Positions 1 through 11,607 of a stretch of 64,000 nucleotides of DNA are shown piece after piece. The notes under the pieces were generated by a model. It was not told where the DNA came from. It worked only from the letters and a program-made list of their open reading frames with translations, and did no database searches. The number at the start of each line of letters is the position of its first letter. Within the stretch, counting starts at the first letter, position 1. The position numbers were made by a program, and so were the translations under genes. The stretch is from Pseudovirgaria hyperparasitica. Its lineage: Eukaryota. The DNA is taken from the NCBI GenBank assembly GCA_010093815.1, contig ML996576.1, one strand, 5' to 3'.

Positions 1-740
1 CTCTCTCCATCCTCAATGATTTGGCCCGCGTGGACTTCAGCCATGTCGATCAGACTCGAGTCCACACTCAGATACATCTGATTGCTGCTGACATAGCCCG
101 TCATGGCACTCAGAAGGGTAGGCATAGCAAGCATCCATCCGATCGATATGATGAGATAGATAAACAGGGCCACCATACGCTTGCTTTTTTGCCGGCGGAT
201 ATCGACCAACAAGGTCCAGAACGTCATGAGACTGCTTCCATCAATCGCGACGCTGGTGAAGCTTCGAAACGGAATAGGAGCAACCTCGATGGCGTGGATG
301 AGCGCCTTGCTAAACACAACGTATGAGATAAACCAGGACAGCGCCTGCGCACCACGACCAACGCAGAGATCCCAAACGACGTCGACGAATTTCGCCGTTG
401 CAAAGGTCATCTGATCAGGACCCAGCGCATCAATGATAAAGATACCCTGGATAGCGGATCCATTCATAGTTTCACCAAAGGAGAAATCAGAGGTTTGGCC
501 CGTGCAATACAAAGTTTTGGGCGCCCACGGATCATAGGCCAGAATAAAGAACAATGTGAGCGGAATGGCACCGAAAAGTAGTAGGAGTGAGAAGGCGTAG
601 ATGTGCGTTTTCAGAGGTTGGCCTTGCCACCCGTGGGTAGGTTGAGGATTCTCCTTGCTCCATACTCGTCCTCGTCGAGTCATTACTTTGGAGTAGTCTT
701 TCACGGTCGACCCTATCGTGTCCCATCTCGGTAGAGGCAT
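1..740 (-). CDS. Fungal multi-pass membrane protein of unknown function (3' end runs off the window)
   Basis: Open minus-strand frame from ATG 740 (MPLPRW...) to position 1, not listed in the ORF track because it has no stop in the window. It has hydrophobic segments (IYAFSLLLLFGAIPLTLFFILAY; MVALFIYLIISIGWMLAMPTLLSAMTGY) and the motif FATAKFVDVVWDLCVGRGAQAL, which I recognise from ascomycete hypothetical membrane proteins. Start uncertain. Confidence 0.65.
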   Translation of the reverse strand, partial: MPLPRWDTIGSTVKDYSKVMTRRGRVWSKENPQPTHGWQGQPLKTHIYAFSLLLLFGAIPLTLFFILAYDPWAPKTLYCTGQTSDFSFGETMNGSAIQGIFIIDALGPDQMTFATAKFVDVVWDLCVGRGAQALSWFISYVVFSKALIHAIEVAPIPFRSFTSVAIDGSSLMTFWTLLVDIRRQKSKRMVALFIYLIISIGWMLAMPTLLSAMTGYVSSNQMYLSVDSSLIDMAEVHAGQIIEDGE

Positions 741-1536
741 CTTGTCGTTCTTGATGATGAGCTTGAACTCATGAGCCGAGCATATGTAGGCAGGTGCTCG
801 ATGTTCGGCATCAAAACACGCAAAACAGAGACCCCGTCGCTGCGACTCGTGAATATATAAGATGACAGAGGTTCGAGAGGAGAGCGGTCGAGACCAGTCT
901 CCTCAGTTTCAAGCATCCTTGGACTGATATAGCGTCAGCCAAGGCGATACCACTCCAGCTAGCACAGTCTAAACGTGGTTAGGACATGTGCAGATCGAGG
1001 CCAAGTTTAGCCAAGCGGGAGGCTGTGAATTCAATCCTTCGGACTTTGGGGCTGAAACTTGCGGCACGGCCAGACCAATTAAACGGACAAGTAATATGCC
1101 ATTGTTGATGTAATATGTCCAACTCTGCAGATATTGTATCATGGCATGAATCGGTGACGTCACTCATCATGATATGAACAGCTTCTTCGTAGACATAACA
1201 TCTTCTGCCAATGAAGGGGATTTCGTACGTCTCGTAGTAAGACAATGTCGATGGGAATCTGAGTTCCATCATAGACCCTCTGGCTAATTGTACAACCAAC
1301 ACACGCCCTGATCTATTAGCCTGTGTGCGCTTTTGTGCCTTATTTGACCCCGAATCAACGGTGTATCGTCTTTCCTGCCAGGCCAGCTGACCATCATAAC
1401 CATATGAACTCCACCCAATGCAATCATACAATTTAATGCCAAAGAGAGTGCGACCCATGTACGGCCATAATCGTGTAAACAGGAACAATCGCAGAACCCT
1501 ACCAACGCCGCGCTGTTTCAAAGTATCTATGGCGTC

Positions 1537-4162
1537 CTACGACGACGCTGGCGGTGGTGATGGTGGAGGAGGCTGGGGCGTCGAACTCCTGCTGGAAGGC
1601 TTCAGAGCTCTCAAGCCTGCCACAACGCTATCCATTGTCGAAGCCTGCGCTCCAGCGGTGCTCGCTGCGTCACGAGCACTGCGAGCCTTCTCCATGAGTT
1701 TCGCCATGCCAATGCGGCCACTTTCGAGACCAACAGCTTTCATGCCTGCAGCTGTCGAAGAGGCGTCTTGGAAGATATGCTGCATGTTTCGGATTGTTGG
1801 AGAATCTTCGACTCTGCGTGTCAGGTACAAAGTCGCACTGCGACCACGTTGCTCCACGATGCTGCGGACTTCTTCTTCATACGCTTTCTCGTAGACATTC
1901 ATCTCGATCGCGGAGGGTGACTCTGCGACAATGTGCACGTTGTCTTCAGCCGAAGGATTGTGGTCAGCACTGATGCCAATGTCGAGGAAGAGCTGATCCT
2001 CAAGTGGGTCGTGAGCGTGCCCTTTGCCTGTGAGATCTCGGCGTTGGACGATATCCTCTGCAAGGGCCAGTTCTGCTGGAGCGCTCTGCGTATGCTTCAG
2101 ACCGATTCCTCTAGGAGACACTGAAGTAACACTCGACAGAGGAGACATGGCTTTTGGTGTTGCTGGAGAGGCCTTCCTACTCGCTGCAGGTATGGCAGTA
2201 TCAATGCTGGCAGTAGATTCTGGTGTGCTTTTCCCATCCACGGCAGTAATGCCTTCCTTGTGATTACGTTGAGACAACTGTTCAAGGTCTTCAAGATTGT
2301 CGGGAATTGGAATGTCACCAGTTACGCCTTCAGTCGTCAACACACGCTCCACTGGCCGCCCATCGCCGGCAGCCAAGCTGTGTGACGACTTAAGTTTGCT
2401 TGGCCGCATAGACAGCGGTGGTTGTACGATCCGGGAAGCCGAGCCCAGGATTCCCTCCAAGAGATCGGGTCTCTTGCGGAACAGCAGCTCCTTGAATCGC
2501 TTGACTGCGCGCATCTGTGACTGTTAGAGTAAGGGTACAGTATACCAGATTGTACACTTACCACAGCCAGGAGGTGGCCCATGTTACCAGTGATAGCCGC
2601 ATTGAGTTCCTCTTCGGTTGGTGGCTCGATAATAACGGCTGTGTTCTCTTCTTTGGACAGCAGAGGGTCAGTGCCGTGTTTGGTGATCCATGGGTGCTCC
2701 TGAACGTGGTAGGTTAGTCTTCATTCATAATGGAGTCGGATAACGTACCCTCAGCTCGTCCATAGTGATGCGCTGCTGTGGGTCTTTGTTCAAAAGTTTC
2801 AAAAGCAGGTCATGTAGGGCCTCGCTACATTCACCGTCCATGTCAACACTGTCATTGCGTATGGACTCGTACAGATCTAGCATGCCCGTCTTTTCGAAGG
2901 GTATACGCCCAAACTTTAGGCAATAAAGGGTAACGCCCATCGACCAAATGTCAGCAGCCTTGCCAGACACAATGCCGTGTTTGGCTATGCACAGTTCAGG
3001 GGGCATGAACGCCGGTGACCCTGCGGATTTTGCAGTGCTCATCTCTGAGTCTTTCTCGAACATCTCGGATACTCCGAAGTCGACAATCTTGAGCGTATCG
3101 TCTGCTGTCACCAAACAGTTGTCCGGCTTTATATCACGGTGAATAATGCCCTGCGCATGGACTGCGAAGTGAGTTAGCAGGGGCTAATGTTTAAACGCTG
3201 GGATACTGACGGTACTCGATGCCCAGCATCATGTCTCTAAACCAACAACGACATTGCTCTTCCTCATAAGGATCAGCTCGATCATCAAGTCCAACTCTCA
3301 TGACAACTCCCTTTTTACACATTTCCAGAACCATGTATAAGGAATCTTCCTCGGGATCGTCGAGTACCTCAATTAGTGACACGAGGTTTTGATGATTGAG
3401 CTTCTTCATGATAGCAATCTCCTCTTTGATGAGCTCTAAGGCATCTGCAGAATCAAGTCTGCCAGCGCTCGGCCGGATCATCGCACCTCGAACTCCGAGA
3501 GGCCCAGGACGACGTCGGACACTCGGCCGCCGGAGATAGTTTGACTGGGCACGCTTCCTCAATCGTGTCTTGGAGAACTCTTTTACAGCCTGTTTCGAAT
3601 AACATTAGCGTTCTCGTGTTGCCTACACCACCCAGACCTGTCCGTGTAGATTCTCGCGTGTATCAGTGATTGGAAGGCGCCTCACATATTCATTTCCAAA
3701 TTGATCAGTGGCAAGATGTACTGCCCCAAATGACCCTCGACCGATCTCCTGCTTGATGATATATTGGTTGATTCGGTGCTGCGCCGTCCCGTCATCCTCA
3801 CTATTGCTATACTCGGTTCTGGCATTGTATGTTTCCTAGCTTTGTAAGATACTGGTGGTGTATCGCTTCATACAAAGGGTCGTTGAAGAGTACCTTGACC
3901 TTCCTAGGATTCGAAGCTGTACGGTGGTGATGTCTAAGGGGACTATGGTACGCTGGAGACGACCTGTGAGAATTGGCATCCATCAGTACGCCGACTTGCC
4001 CTGAAGCTCTGCATGATGTACTTACAGATGTTTGAGCACCGGTGGGCGTCCGTCACCTCCCGCTGCAGGTACACCTAGCTCGATATGTTCCGTGGAGTGA
4101 ATAGTGGGGACTCGGCCAGGCGAAGGCGAATCATTAGGGAGCGGATTCGGACTGGTAGACAT
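1537..4162 (-). CDS. Calcium/calmodulin-dependent protein kinase kinase (CaMKK, CmkC/Ssp1-like), 7 exons
   Basis: Spliced kinase motifs: INQYIIKQEIGRGSFGAVHLA, AVKEFSK, KLNHQNLVSLIEVLDDP, HRDIKPDNCL, DFGVSE, GSPAFMPPE, DIWSMGVTLY. It has the Arg/Pro-rich insert typical of CaMKK. ATG at 4162, canonical GT-AG introns, stop at 1537. Confidence 0.93.
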
Positions 4163-4482
4163 GATGCGTAGAAAGACACTGTGGGTGGACCCGAACAGGT
4201 AGAAAAGGGGAACAGATATAAGCTATAAATGGTGTCACAATGGACAAGCCTTGAGTGAATTATGTCCTCCAGCAGCAGCGGGGGTGAGATAAACAATACC
4301 GTTTTTTCACGTCAGAGTTTAGTCCTAAGGCAACGAACGCAAAACCCCACTAGGCACGTGCGTGCGTGAACGTGAAACTGGCAGGGGGGAGAGAGCTCAG
4401 CTTGGCAACCAAAGCTTCCGAAAACCTTCAACCCTCAACCCATTCATAGTCTTCACTACGTCGGGTGTCTCAGCATTCCTTT

Positions 4483-4503
4483 GTCGTCGTCGTCGTCGTC
4501 GTC
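4483..4503 (+). repeat. (GTC)7 microsatellite in the ~440 bp divergent CaMKK/BET5 intergenic region
   Basis: gtcgtcgtcgtcgtcgtcgtc read directly. Confidence 0.9.
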
Positions 4504-4601
4504 TTCTTCCCTCACAATCAGCAGTCTTGGACAAGAGAATTGCTCAGCTGTCTTGTGTCATCGTCGCCATCTACTCGTAGCGCCGGTTCAGCAGGTTCAA
4601 T

Positions 4602-5196
4602 ATGGCCATCTACAGCTTCTACATCTTCGATCGTCATAGTAAGCCTCAACGCTCTGAGACTTGCAATTGCAACAGTTGACACAACCAGCGGAATGCATTT
4701 ACAGCAAGAGATGGCTACAGCAGCCGCAATCCTCCAGCAAGCAAGCCCGACCTACGTCCGCTTCCACTACTGCAAGCGTCGAGATGCCTGCAAGGAAAGC
4801 TCTATCCGCTGCCGACGACGCGAAGCTCATATTTGGGACCGTTTTCTCCCTACGAAATATTGTAAAGAAGCTGGGCGGTGAAGATGACGCATTCTTGTCA
4901 TATCGGACTGGCGACTACAAGCTCCATTACTACGAGACTCCCACAAGGATGAAGTTTGTGATGTTGACGGACACCAAGACCAACAATCTCCGAGTTGTAC
5001 TGCACCAAATCTGGGCGAATCTATATGTAGAGTTTGTTGTGAAAAATCCCTTGAGTCCTGTGGAACATCCCGGGGGTATTGGCGTCGCGAACGAGCTCTT
5101 CGAGATGGGTCTAGAAAGCTTTGTCGTAAGTAGGCATACATCTTGTGATGAAGGATTTGTTTAACCCTCCGACAGAGCTCAGTCCTTGTGTCTTAA
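4602..5196 (+). CDS. BET5: TRAPP complex subunit Bet5/TRAPPC1 (sybindin family), 3 exons
   Basis: MAIYSFYIFDRH|intron|ECIYSKRW...DDAKLIFGTVFSLRNIVKKL...YRTGDYKLHYYETPTRMKFVMLTD...LYVEFVVKNPL; short last exon SSVLVS* ends at 5196. Confidence 0.92.
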
Positions 5197-5659
5197 CACG
5201 GCCTGATTGAAAGCGAAAATCGGAAGTCGAACAAGACGAACATGGTGGTTACCATGGTCTTCAGTTCCAGGCAACCCACGTTCAATCATGGATCAAGCAT
5301 CTAGGTCGCTTCTAGATAGGTTGAACCAGAGCCTCCTAGAAAGCAAGTGGGGTATGACCGACCTTTCATAGGGGGGCGTCCAACGTCTTGTGATCACTCA
5401 AGACAGATGGTTTGGTCGCTATACGGAAACACGTCGGATGAATGGCTTTGCTAGAACACCTCCGATGAAACATTCGCTAGACGAAGTTTGCTGAATCATA
5501 TGCCGGAGACCTTTGCTGGATGTCGTTGCCATCGTGCTTGCAAAATTGGATCAGCAAATGCCGTCTTGTGCACAGTATGCACTTGCCAGAATCCATGTAG
5601 CTGACACGTGGGGGCAAAATACTTCCAAAGGATCCTTTCAGCCAACTTGGTCAACATCA

Positions 5660-6688
5660 ATGGCGTCCCTGCGTAAGTCGGTCCTGCAGAACATCACCGT
5701 CGAGACATTCTATGCCTCGTCAAGGGTGCACCTCCAGCAGAACCTTCGATCTTCATTACTACCGGCCATCCTAGCATACACGAAAGATCTTATACCACAG
5801 GATTTCGCTTCCGAATATCCTTGGGATGTCTTACTTCCCGACGATGGACGTATCACTACACTCATCTGTTTGGCAAGGGACATGACTTTGTGCGAGGTCG
5901 ACTCTATCTGTAATGGCTTTGACCCTGATATAAACGGCAACTTGACATCCCAGAGCGGCTTCAATGGGCACCCGCCATATAAATTGGATCCAAAGTCGTA
6001 TGAAATCTGGTCGGGGGTCAATGAGCGTCCGCTACTTGAAGACCGGAGCATCTTCATTATCGTCTACCACTCTTCGACTGGCACACATACCGAAGCGTAC
6101 TACATGAAGCCTGAATTCTACATATTACTTGGCTACGGACGTCACGAGAAGTCGCTGTTCCAGGATCTCGTAGAGAAACGCCTCATTAGACAATTCCAAC
6201 TCCCCATCCTACAGCTACTAGGGGTGACGGACACAGCACACTTGTTCTTATCGGACCTTGAGAGTTTCGAAAAATACGTCGATGGCACACCTCCGATTCA
6301 TGCGGATGCCGTGGATGACATATCGCGAAGGGTCGAGGCTTACTACGCTGCAATGGCGAAGAAAGAATGGGCAGACTGGGAGGCTCGCAGGGCAACGAGG
6401 CGAATACCAGGCATAGCTGCTACTTCAACTACAAGTACAGAACGTAAAACGGACCCGGAGGCGTCCTTACAGACGCCGCCGCCGGAGCAGCCGCATACCC
6501 ATGATTATCGTCTAGACACCCCACATACGCCCACGAGATCATGCCAAGCTCATCTGCCTGACTCAGCATGCCACCCGCGAATAAAGACAGAAGAGTTTAA
6601 TTGGTGTAACGAGGATAAGAATCAGTCAGTCTCCGTAATCGATCTGTGGAAGTTTCCGCCTCCTTACGGAGACGAGTGTACGACTTGA
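5660..6688 (+). CDS. Hypothetical protein (~340 aa, no recognised family)
   Basis: Long uninterrupted ORF (open from 5513) with a globular-looking core and a low-complexity C-terminus. ATG 5660 (MASLRKS) chosen on context; an upstream ATG is possible. Confidence 0.55.
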   Translation: MASLRKSVLQNITVETFYASSRVHLQQNLRSSLLPAILAYTKDLIPQDFASEYPWDVLLPDDGRITTLICLARDMTLCEVDSICNGFDPDINGNLTSQSGFNGHPPYKLDPKSYEIWSGVNERPLLEDRSIFIIVYHSSTGTHTEAYYMKPEFYILLGYGRHEKSLFQDLVEKRLIRQFQLPILQLLGVTDTAHLFLSDLESFEKYVDGTPPIHADAVDDISRRVEAYYAAMAKKEWADWEARRATRRIPGIAATSTTSTERKTDPEASLQTPPPEQPHTHDYRLDTPHTPTRSCQAHLPDSACHPRIKTEEFNWCNEDKNQSVSVIDLWKFPPPYGDECTT

Positions 6689-7129
6689 TCGCAATGACTT
6701 TTATGAGGTTCATCAAATTTTACACAATGTGAATAGCAAGCAGAGGTCAACGTCAGGAGGGTACAACTTTGTGTCCCAACACTCCTTATCTTCATGTACA
6801 AGCAATACCGCTCTTTCAATATCAGTATTACCATGTCGAAACGAGTGTACTTCAAATGAACATGTACTAGTCGACATGCCCTGATTCAGCACCGAAGCAG
6901 TTTGCGAGGCTGTATAGGCTAGGTATCGGATTCTATATCGTCCAAAATTGTGCACCAGGCGTGCTAGAATCAACGCAGTGCAGCATAGTTTTGAGAATGT
7001 ATACCCCACCCGGGCCGCGTTCCGTCACCGACGTTTCTCTAGCGGGGACATCGGATTTCTTTTGAAAGGCGCATTCTTTTCCCACGCAAGAAACTTTCTG
7101 AGGGATAGCACTGCTCAACGATATACAAG

Positions 7130-8643
7130 ATGCCACGCAGAAGATTCATGTGTGTCATATTCCTCATCTCATCATTCGTGTATAGCGACTGACAATATCT
7201 AGCGACAAGAAGAACGCCACAACCTTCCAACTTCTTCACCGTGCACAAAACGACCCTCTCATCCACGACAGCGATGCCTCACAATTCGTCTTTCACGAGG
7301 TCCAGGCTCCTACTGCTACAAAATCAGTCTCATATCCTTCCTCATCCGCCGCCAGCCATGTCAGCCAATCTAGCTCTGCAAGTCGGCGTGCAAATGCGAC
7401 TCTCAACGACTTGGGCTCGGAGTTTGGTGATGTGCGCGCCAACGAGGGCGAGGCGGCGGAATACGGAATATACTATGATGATAGTTCGTACGACTACATG
7501 CAGCACATGCGTGACCTGGGAAGCGGCCAAGGCACGACAGTCTGGGTTGAGGCGCCTGGTGCGACAAAGAAGGGAAAGCAAAAGCAGAGCTTGGAAGATG
7601 CAATATCTGAAGCTGCAGATTCACAGAGTCTAGCGAGTGGCATGAGCAGCGCGAGCCATGCGGCTAGTGACCTGTTCAACCCTGCGAACCTGCCGAGTGA
7701 ATTTGTGAAGAAGACGACATATCAGGACCAGCAGAATATCCCCGATGCCATTGCTGGGTTCCAGCCCGATATGGACCCACGGCTGCGTGAGGTGCTTGAG
7801 GCGCTGGAAGATGAGGAATACGTGGATGAAGCCGAAGAGGGCGATTTCTTCGAGGATCTCACGGGCGCAGGCATTGCCGTAGATGAGGAAGCATGGCGCG
7901 ACGGGCTTTTCAGCGACGAAGCCCACGACGACATCACGTTCGAGGAAGACGCAGGTTGGGAAACAGACGACACGATCAAGCCCGACAAGGAACACCACGA
8001 GACGCCCGCGCCGCCCGTCAGCGAGCCAGCCGGCGACGCAACTGGCGTGCCGCTCCCAGCGCCCGACCAAGCGCCCGCCGACCGCGAAGACACAGACTGG
8101 CAGGGCGAATTCGCAAAATTCAAAGCAAGCGGCAAAGCCCCGCGCGCCGCCAAAGACGCCCACCTCCCCGACCACCTCCAAGCCGGCTCGATCATGACAG
8201 GCGCGTCGTCACTGCTCTCCGGCCGCAAAAAGAAGCGCAAGGGCGCCCTGACAGGCACATCCGGCTACAGCATGTCGTCCTCGATCCTCGCCCGCACAGA
8301 AGCACTCTCAGTACTCGACTCGCGCTTCGAGCGCATCGAGGAGGACTACGCCAACGACGGCAACGAGGGCATGCCAGACGACGACGGCGCCTCGCTGCGC
8401 AGCGGCATGACGGGCATGAGCAGGATGAGCAGGATGAGCGGCATCAGCACCATGAGCGGCGCAAGCGTCATGCGCGAGGACTTTGACTCGCTGCTCGACG
8501 ACTTCCTGGGCGGACACTCGACGCAGGGCAAGAGCGGGCGCCGCGTCAAGAAGGGCAAGCAGCAGTCTGGCATGGAGCAGCTGGACGAGGTGCGTCAGGG
8601 GCTGGGGCCCGTGAGGCTGGGCAAGCCGCAGCAGGCGGCGTGA
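7130..8643 (+). CDS. LTV1: Low temperature viability protein Ltv1 (40S biogenesis factor), 2 exons
   Basis: MPRRRFI|intron 7150-7202|DKKNATTFQLLHRAQNDPLIHD; NEGEAAEYGIYYDDSSYDYMQHMRDL; AGFQPDMDPRLREVLEALEDEEYV; SMSSSILARTEALSVLDSRFERIE. Confidence 0.93.
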
Positions 8644-9100
8644 CGGGTGTTATGGATTTGGAATTATGCTATCATGATTAATTACTGCGTGCTGGATGAT
8701 TTATACGATAGACTAGATGATTAGATTGGATTGGAATGGACTGGGATGGTATGGTGTGGCCTGGTCTGGCTCGGCTTAAGATGTGTGGAAGTTGTATGAG
8801 CGCAATCTGTCCGTCATGCGTCTGTTTGCGCTCGAGAGGAATATAGTCACAAACACATATGAACATCTCCGTTCACGCACGCCGCTTCTACTTGTATGTC
8901 TACCCTCCTCCCTGTAGCCAAGTGCCTACGCCGTAAAACCCCTCCCCTTTCCCCTTTCTCTAAACTCTACCTTGTCCAATATCTCATAACAGATATGTTG
9001 ATATTTTTCTAGCTTGTACAGTTGTACACGCTCGTAAGTTTTGTCTATTTGTACGTTTGCGTGTGTTTTTGAGTGTTTGTGTGCACTCGCGATTGTGAAT

Positions 9101-9386
9101 GCATGCTTGATATACGCTCGGCATACGCTCGATATACGCTCGATCCACGTTCTATACGCTCGATATGGAACGAAACGCGTATATAGCGTGGTATACGGGA
9201 TTACGTATTGACTTACCTCGTTTACATACGCTCGTGTATTGGTGTGCCTTTATGATGATTTGCGATTATGAGTGTATGCTTGATATGTATGCGATATACG
9301 CTCGATAGACGTTCTATACCGTTGATATGGCATTGCACGCGTATTTGATAGCGTTCGATACGCGTTTATTAACGAACTTACCTCGT
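9101..9386. repeat. Diverged ~165 bp tandem duplication rich in TATACGCTCG units
   Basis: Two similar blocks (tgcttgatat...atacgctcgat..acgttctatac....gatatgg...acgcgtat...acttacctcgt), ending at 9221 and 9386. Confidence 0.7.
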
Positions 9387-9694
9387 CTATGGGCCTGTGT
9401 GTATTTTATATGCGCATACTATTGCATATGTATACGAACCCGTCTCTACAAGACACACTTCTATGAAAGAAGTGAATGAGTCATGTCAATCCCGGGACGT
9501 GACGTTGACTAATGACTATCTCGTCGTGATAGATTTGGTATTTTGGTGTTGGACATGGGTTTATGTCGTTTTGGCGTGGGTGTCCTTTGGCAAGGAGAGT
9601 CCTGGATGTTTAGAGAAAAGAAAATACAGGATGTTTTCGAAGGTGGGTTTAGGGGTCCTGGAGGTTAAGGGTGGGTTCTGGCTTTCTTTGTTAT

Positions 9695-9885
9695 GAGTCC
9701 TGATGAAGTCCTGATTGAGTCCTGATGTGTCCTGGTTGAGTCCTGACTGGGTCCTGGTCCTGGTATGTCCTGGTATGTCCTGGTATGTCCTGATATGTCC
9801 TGATATGTCCTAGTATGTCCTGGTTGATAGATGATTGAGTCCTGATTGAGTCCTGACTGGGTCCTGGTATGTCCTTGTGTGTCCT
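9695..9885. repeat. 10-11 bp minisatellite (GTCCTGGTAT / GTCCTGATTGA variants)
   Basis: Many consecutive gtcctg-centred units, e.g. tggtatgtcc x3, tgatatgtcc x2, gagtcctgatt. Confidence 0.9.
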
Positions 9886-10888
9886 AGCTCTAGAACTTAG
9901 ATATGTATGCTGGTAAGACCTAGCTCTTCCTCTATAGTCTTATTCGGAGGCCTCTATCCGGTTTCTGTTCTTGGTACTAAGTAGTACTCTAGCGTTTTCG
10001 TCTGCTAGGACTCCTGTATGACCCCTATTACCCTACAATCTCGTCTCTTGTCTATATATTATATATACTCCTGTTCTTGGAGTATATATATATTGGCTTT
10101 TTAACATTCTCTTTTCTGCTTGTTGTCTTCTTCTTCTTTTTTCTCTTTTTGTACCTCTTTTGAACATGACTACAATATAGTTTCTATCTATTATTAGATC
10201 GTACGAAAGGACCAGATGCATCCTTAGATACGCCGGCTGATAGACTTTTTTCTCCGGGAGATTAAAATTTGGAGCAAGAAAAGGTCCAGTAGAGGGCGCG
10301 GATCGGCGCTGGATGGTTGGAAGTGCGTATCGATAGATCTTGTTGTGTCGTTCTGTGAGAGCACTGGCTAAGGCGTGTGCCCGTTGGACGTATGTGAATA
10401 TTACTGTGTCCTAGGCGTCGTGTGGGTATATGTTGATTGTCTGCGTGCTCGAGTAGGATCCTGTCGAGTCGTCTTCCCGCGATACGCTCGGGTAAAGCAC
10501 GTTGGCTGTATACATATCCCTCTCTTTTGCCAATCCTCGATCGGATTGCGTCTGGTCTGCTTCGATATATCCTCATTGAGTCCCATTTTGGGGGCTATTA
10601 GTGTCTGTTAGAGTCGATATACGCTCTCCTATGCTTTCTTTGTCCTTCGTTTTTGCTGCTCGTGATGGAAGTATTTCTCTTTCCCTTTCTTCTCTGCCTT
10701 GAAGGCCTTTTACTTGATCTCCTTTTCTTCTGCCTTTTTGCCTCTGCTGAACCGACCGTACGCTGATTCACGTGCGGCATGAGATCATCATCACCGTGTC
10801 TCCCCTCACTTTCCACACTTCATGTTTCATGACTTGTCGGCTTTCCTCTCTCTTTCTGCCTTTCTCACCCGTCATCACATCAGAGACG

Positions 10889-11407
10889 TCCACCCATACC
10901 AAAGCAGGTCCACTCTCTTTCCCACCACCACTTCTACGCAAAACTTTACCCAAACCCCGTCCGTTCCCTTGTGCTCGGTTCCAGATCCACCCATACCAAA
11001 TCAGGTCCACTCTCTTTCTCGACCGAGCCCCTGTCTCATCTCCACTACCACACTGAAGCTTTCCACCCATACCAAAACAGATCCTCTCTCTTTCCCACAA
11101 TGACCAGTCGACCATCACTCACACCCCGCCATTTGCCTGTGCTCAATTCCCCATCCACCCATACCAAGCAGAGCCAATCTCTTTCCCGTCCTCGTCCCCT
11201 TTGCCATCCTGTACTCCACCCATACCAAAACAAATCCACTCTCTTTCCTACCTCCCTTTGCGCATCCACATACACCCACGATTCACTCAATACAGCTCCA
11301 TCCATACCAAGCAAATTCCACTCTCTTTCCCACCTATCCATCCACGCCCAGTCACTCCACTCTACACGACGCCACTCCACCCATACCAGATAGTTCCACT
11401 CTCTTTC
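10889..11407. repeat. Array of 7 conserved 32-33 bp repeats (consensus TCCACCCATACCAAA-CAGnTCCACTCTCTTTC) separated by variable 29-64 bp spacers
   Basis: Copies start at 10889, 10986, 11062, 11154, 11215, 11297 and 11376; spacers are 64, 43, 59, 29, 49 and 46 bp. Confidence 0.9.
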
Positions 11408-11556
11408 TCACCGAAGCACCAACTTCTCGTTCGGATGCACGGATTGTTCCCTTCTCCCTCGCTGTCTCTCCCACCCTTTGGAGAAACAAGCCGGACGTGT
11501 GAGTATCGATAGCATGGTACGTCATTAGATCGATATGTTAGTATGTCATACCCTCA

Positions 11557-11607
11557 GAGCCAGAACCGCGTTGGGGCCAGAGCCGCGTGGGAGCCAGAGC
11601 ATCGTGT
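11557..11607. repeat. Three ~17 bp tandem copies (GAGCCAGAGCCGCGTGG-like)
   Basis: gagccagaaccgcgttgg / ggccagagccgcgtgg / gagccagagcatcgtgt. Confidence 0.7.

Noticed and set aside
979..1521. 180 aa minus-strand ORF
   Set aside because: Starts at TTG 16 bp after the CaMKK stop, probably within its 3'UTR; no recognisable motif. A small gene cannot be fully excluded.
7630..8573. Long antisense and alternate-frame ORFs over LTV1
   Set aside because: Shadows of GC-rich codon usage in the real gene.
10889..11407. Calling the array a bona fide CRISPR
   Set aside because: Eukaryotic context, no cas genes or leader, uneven spacers of similar composition, two of which resemble each other. Kept as a repeat and as a finding.
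10768..11512. Overlapping ORFs across the array (HPYQ / STHTK repeats)
   Set aside because: Repeat periods are not multiples of 3, so motifs jump between frames; artefacts of C-rich DNA.
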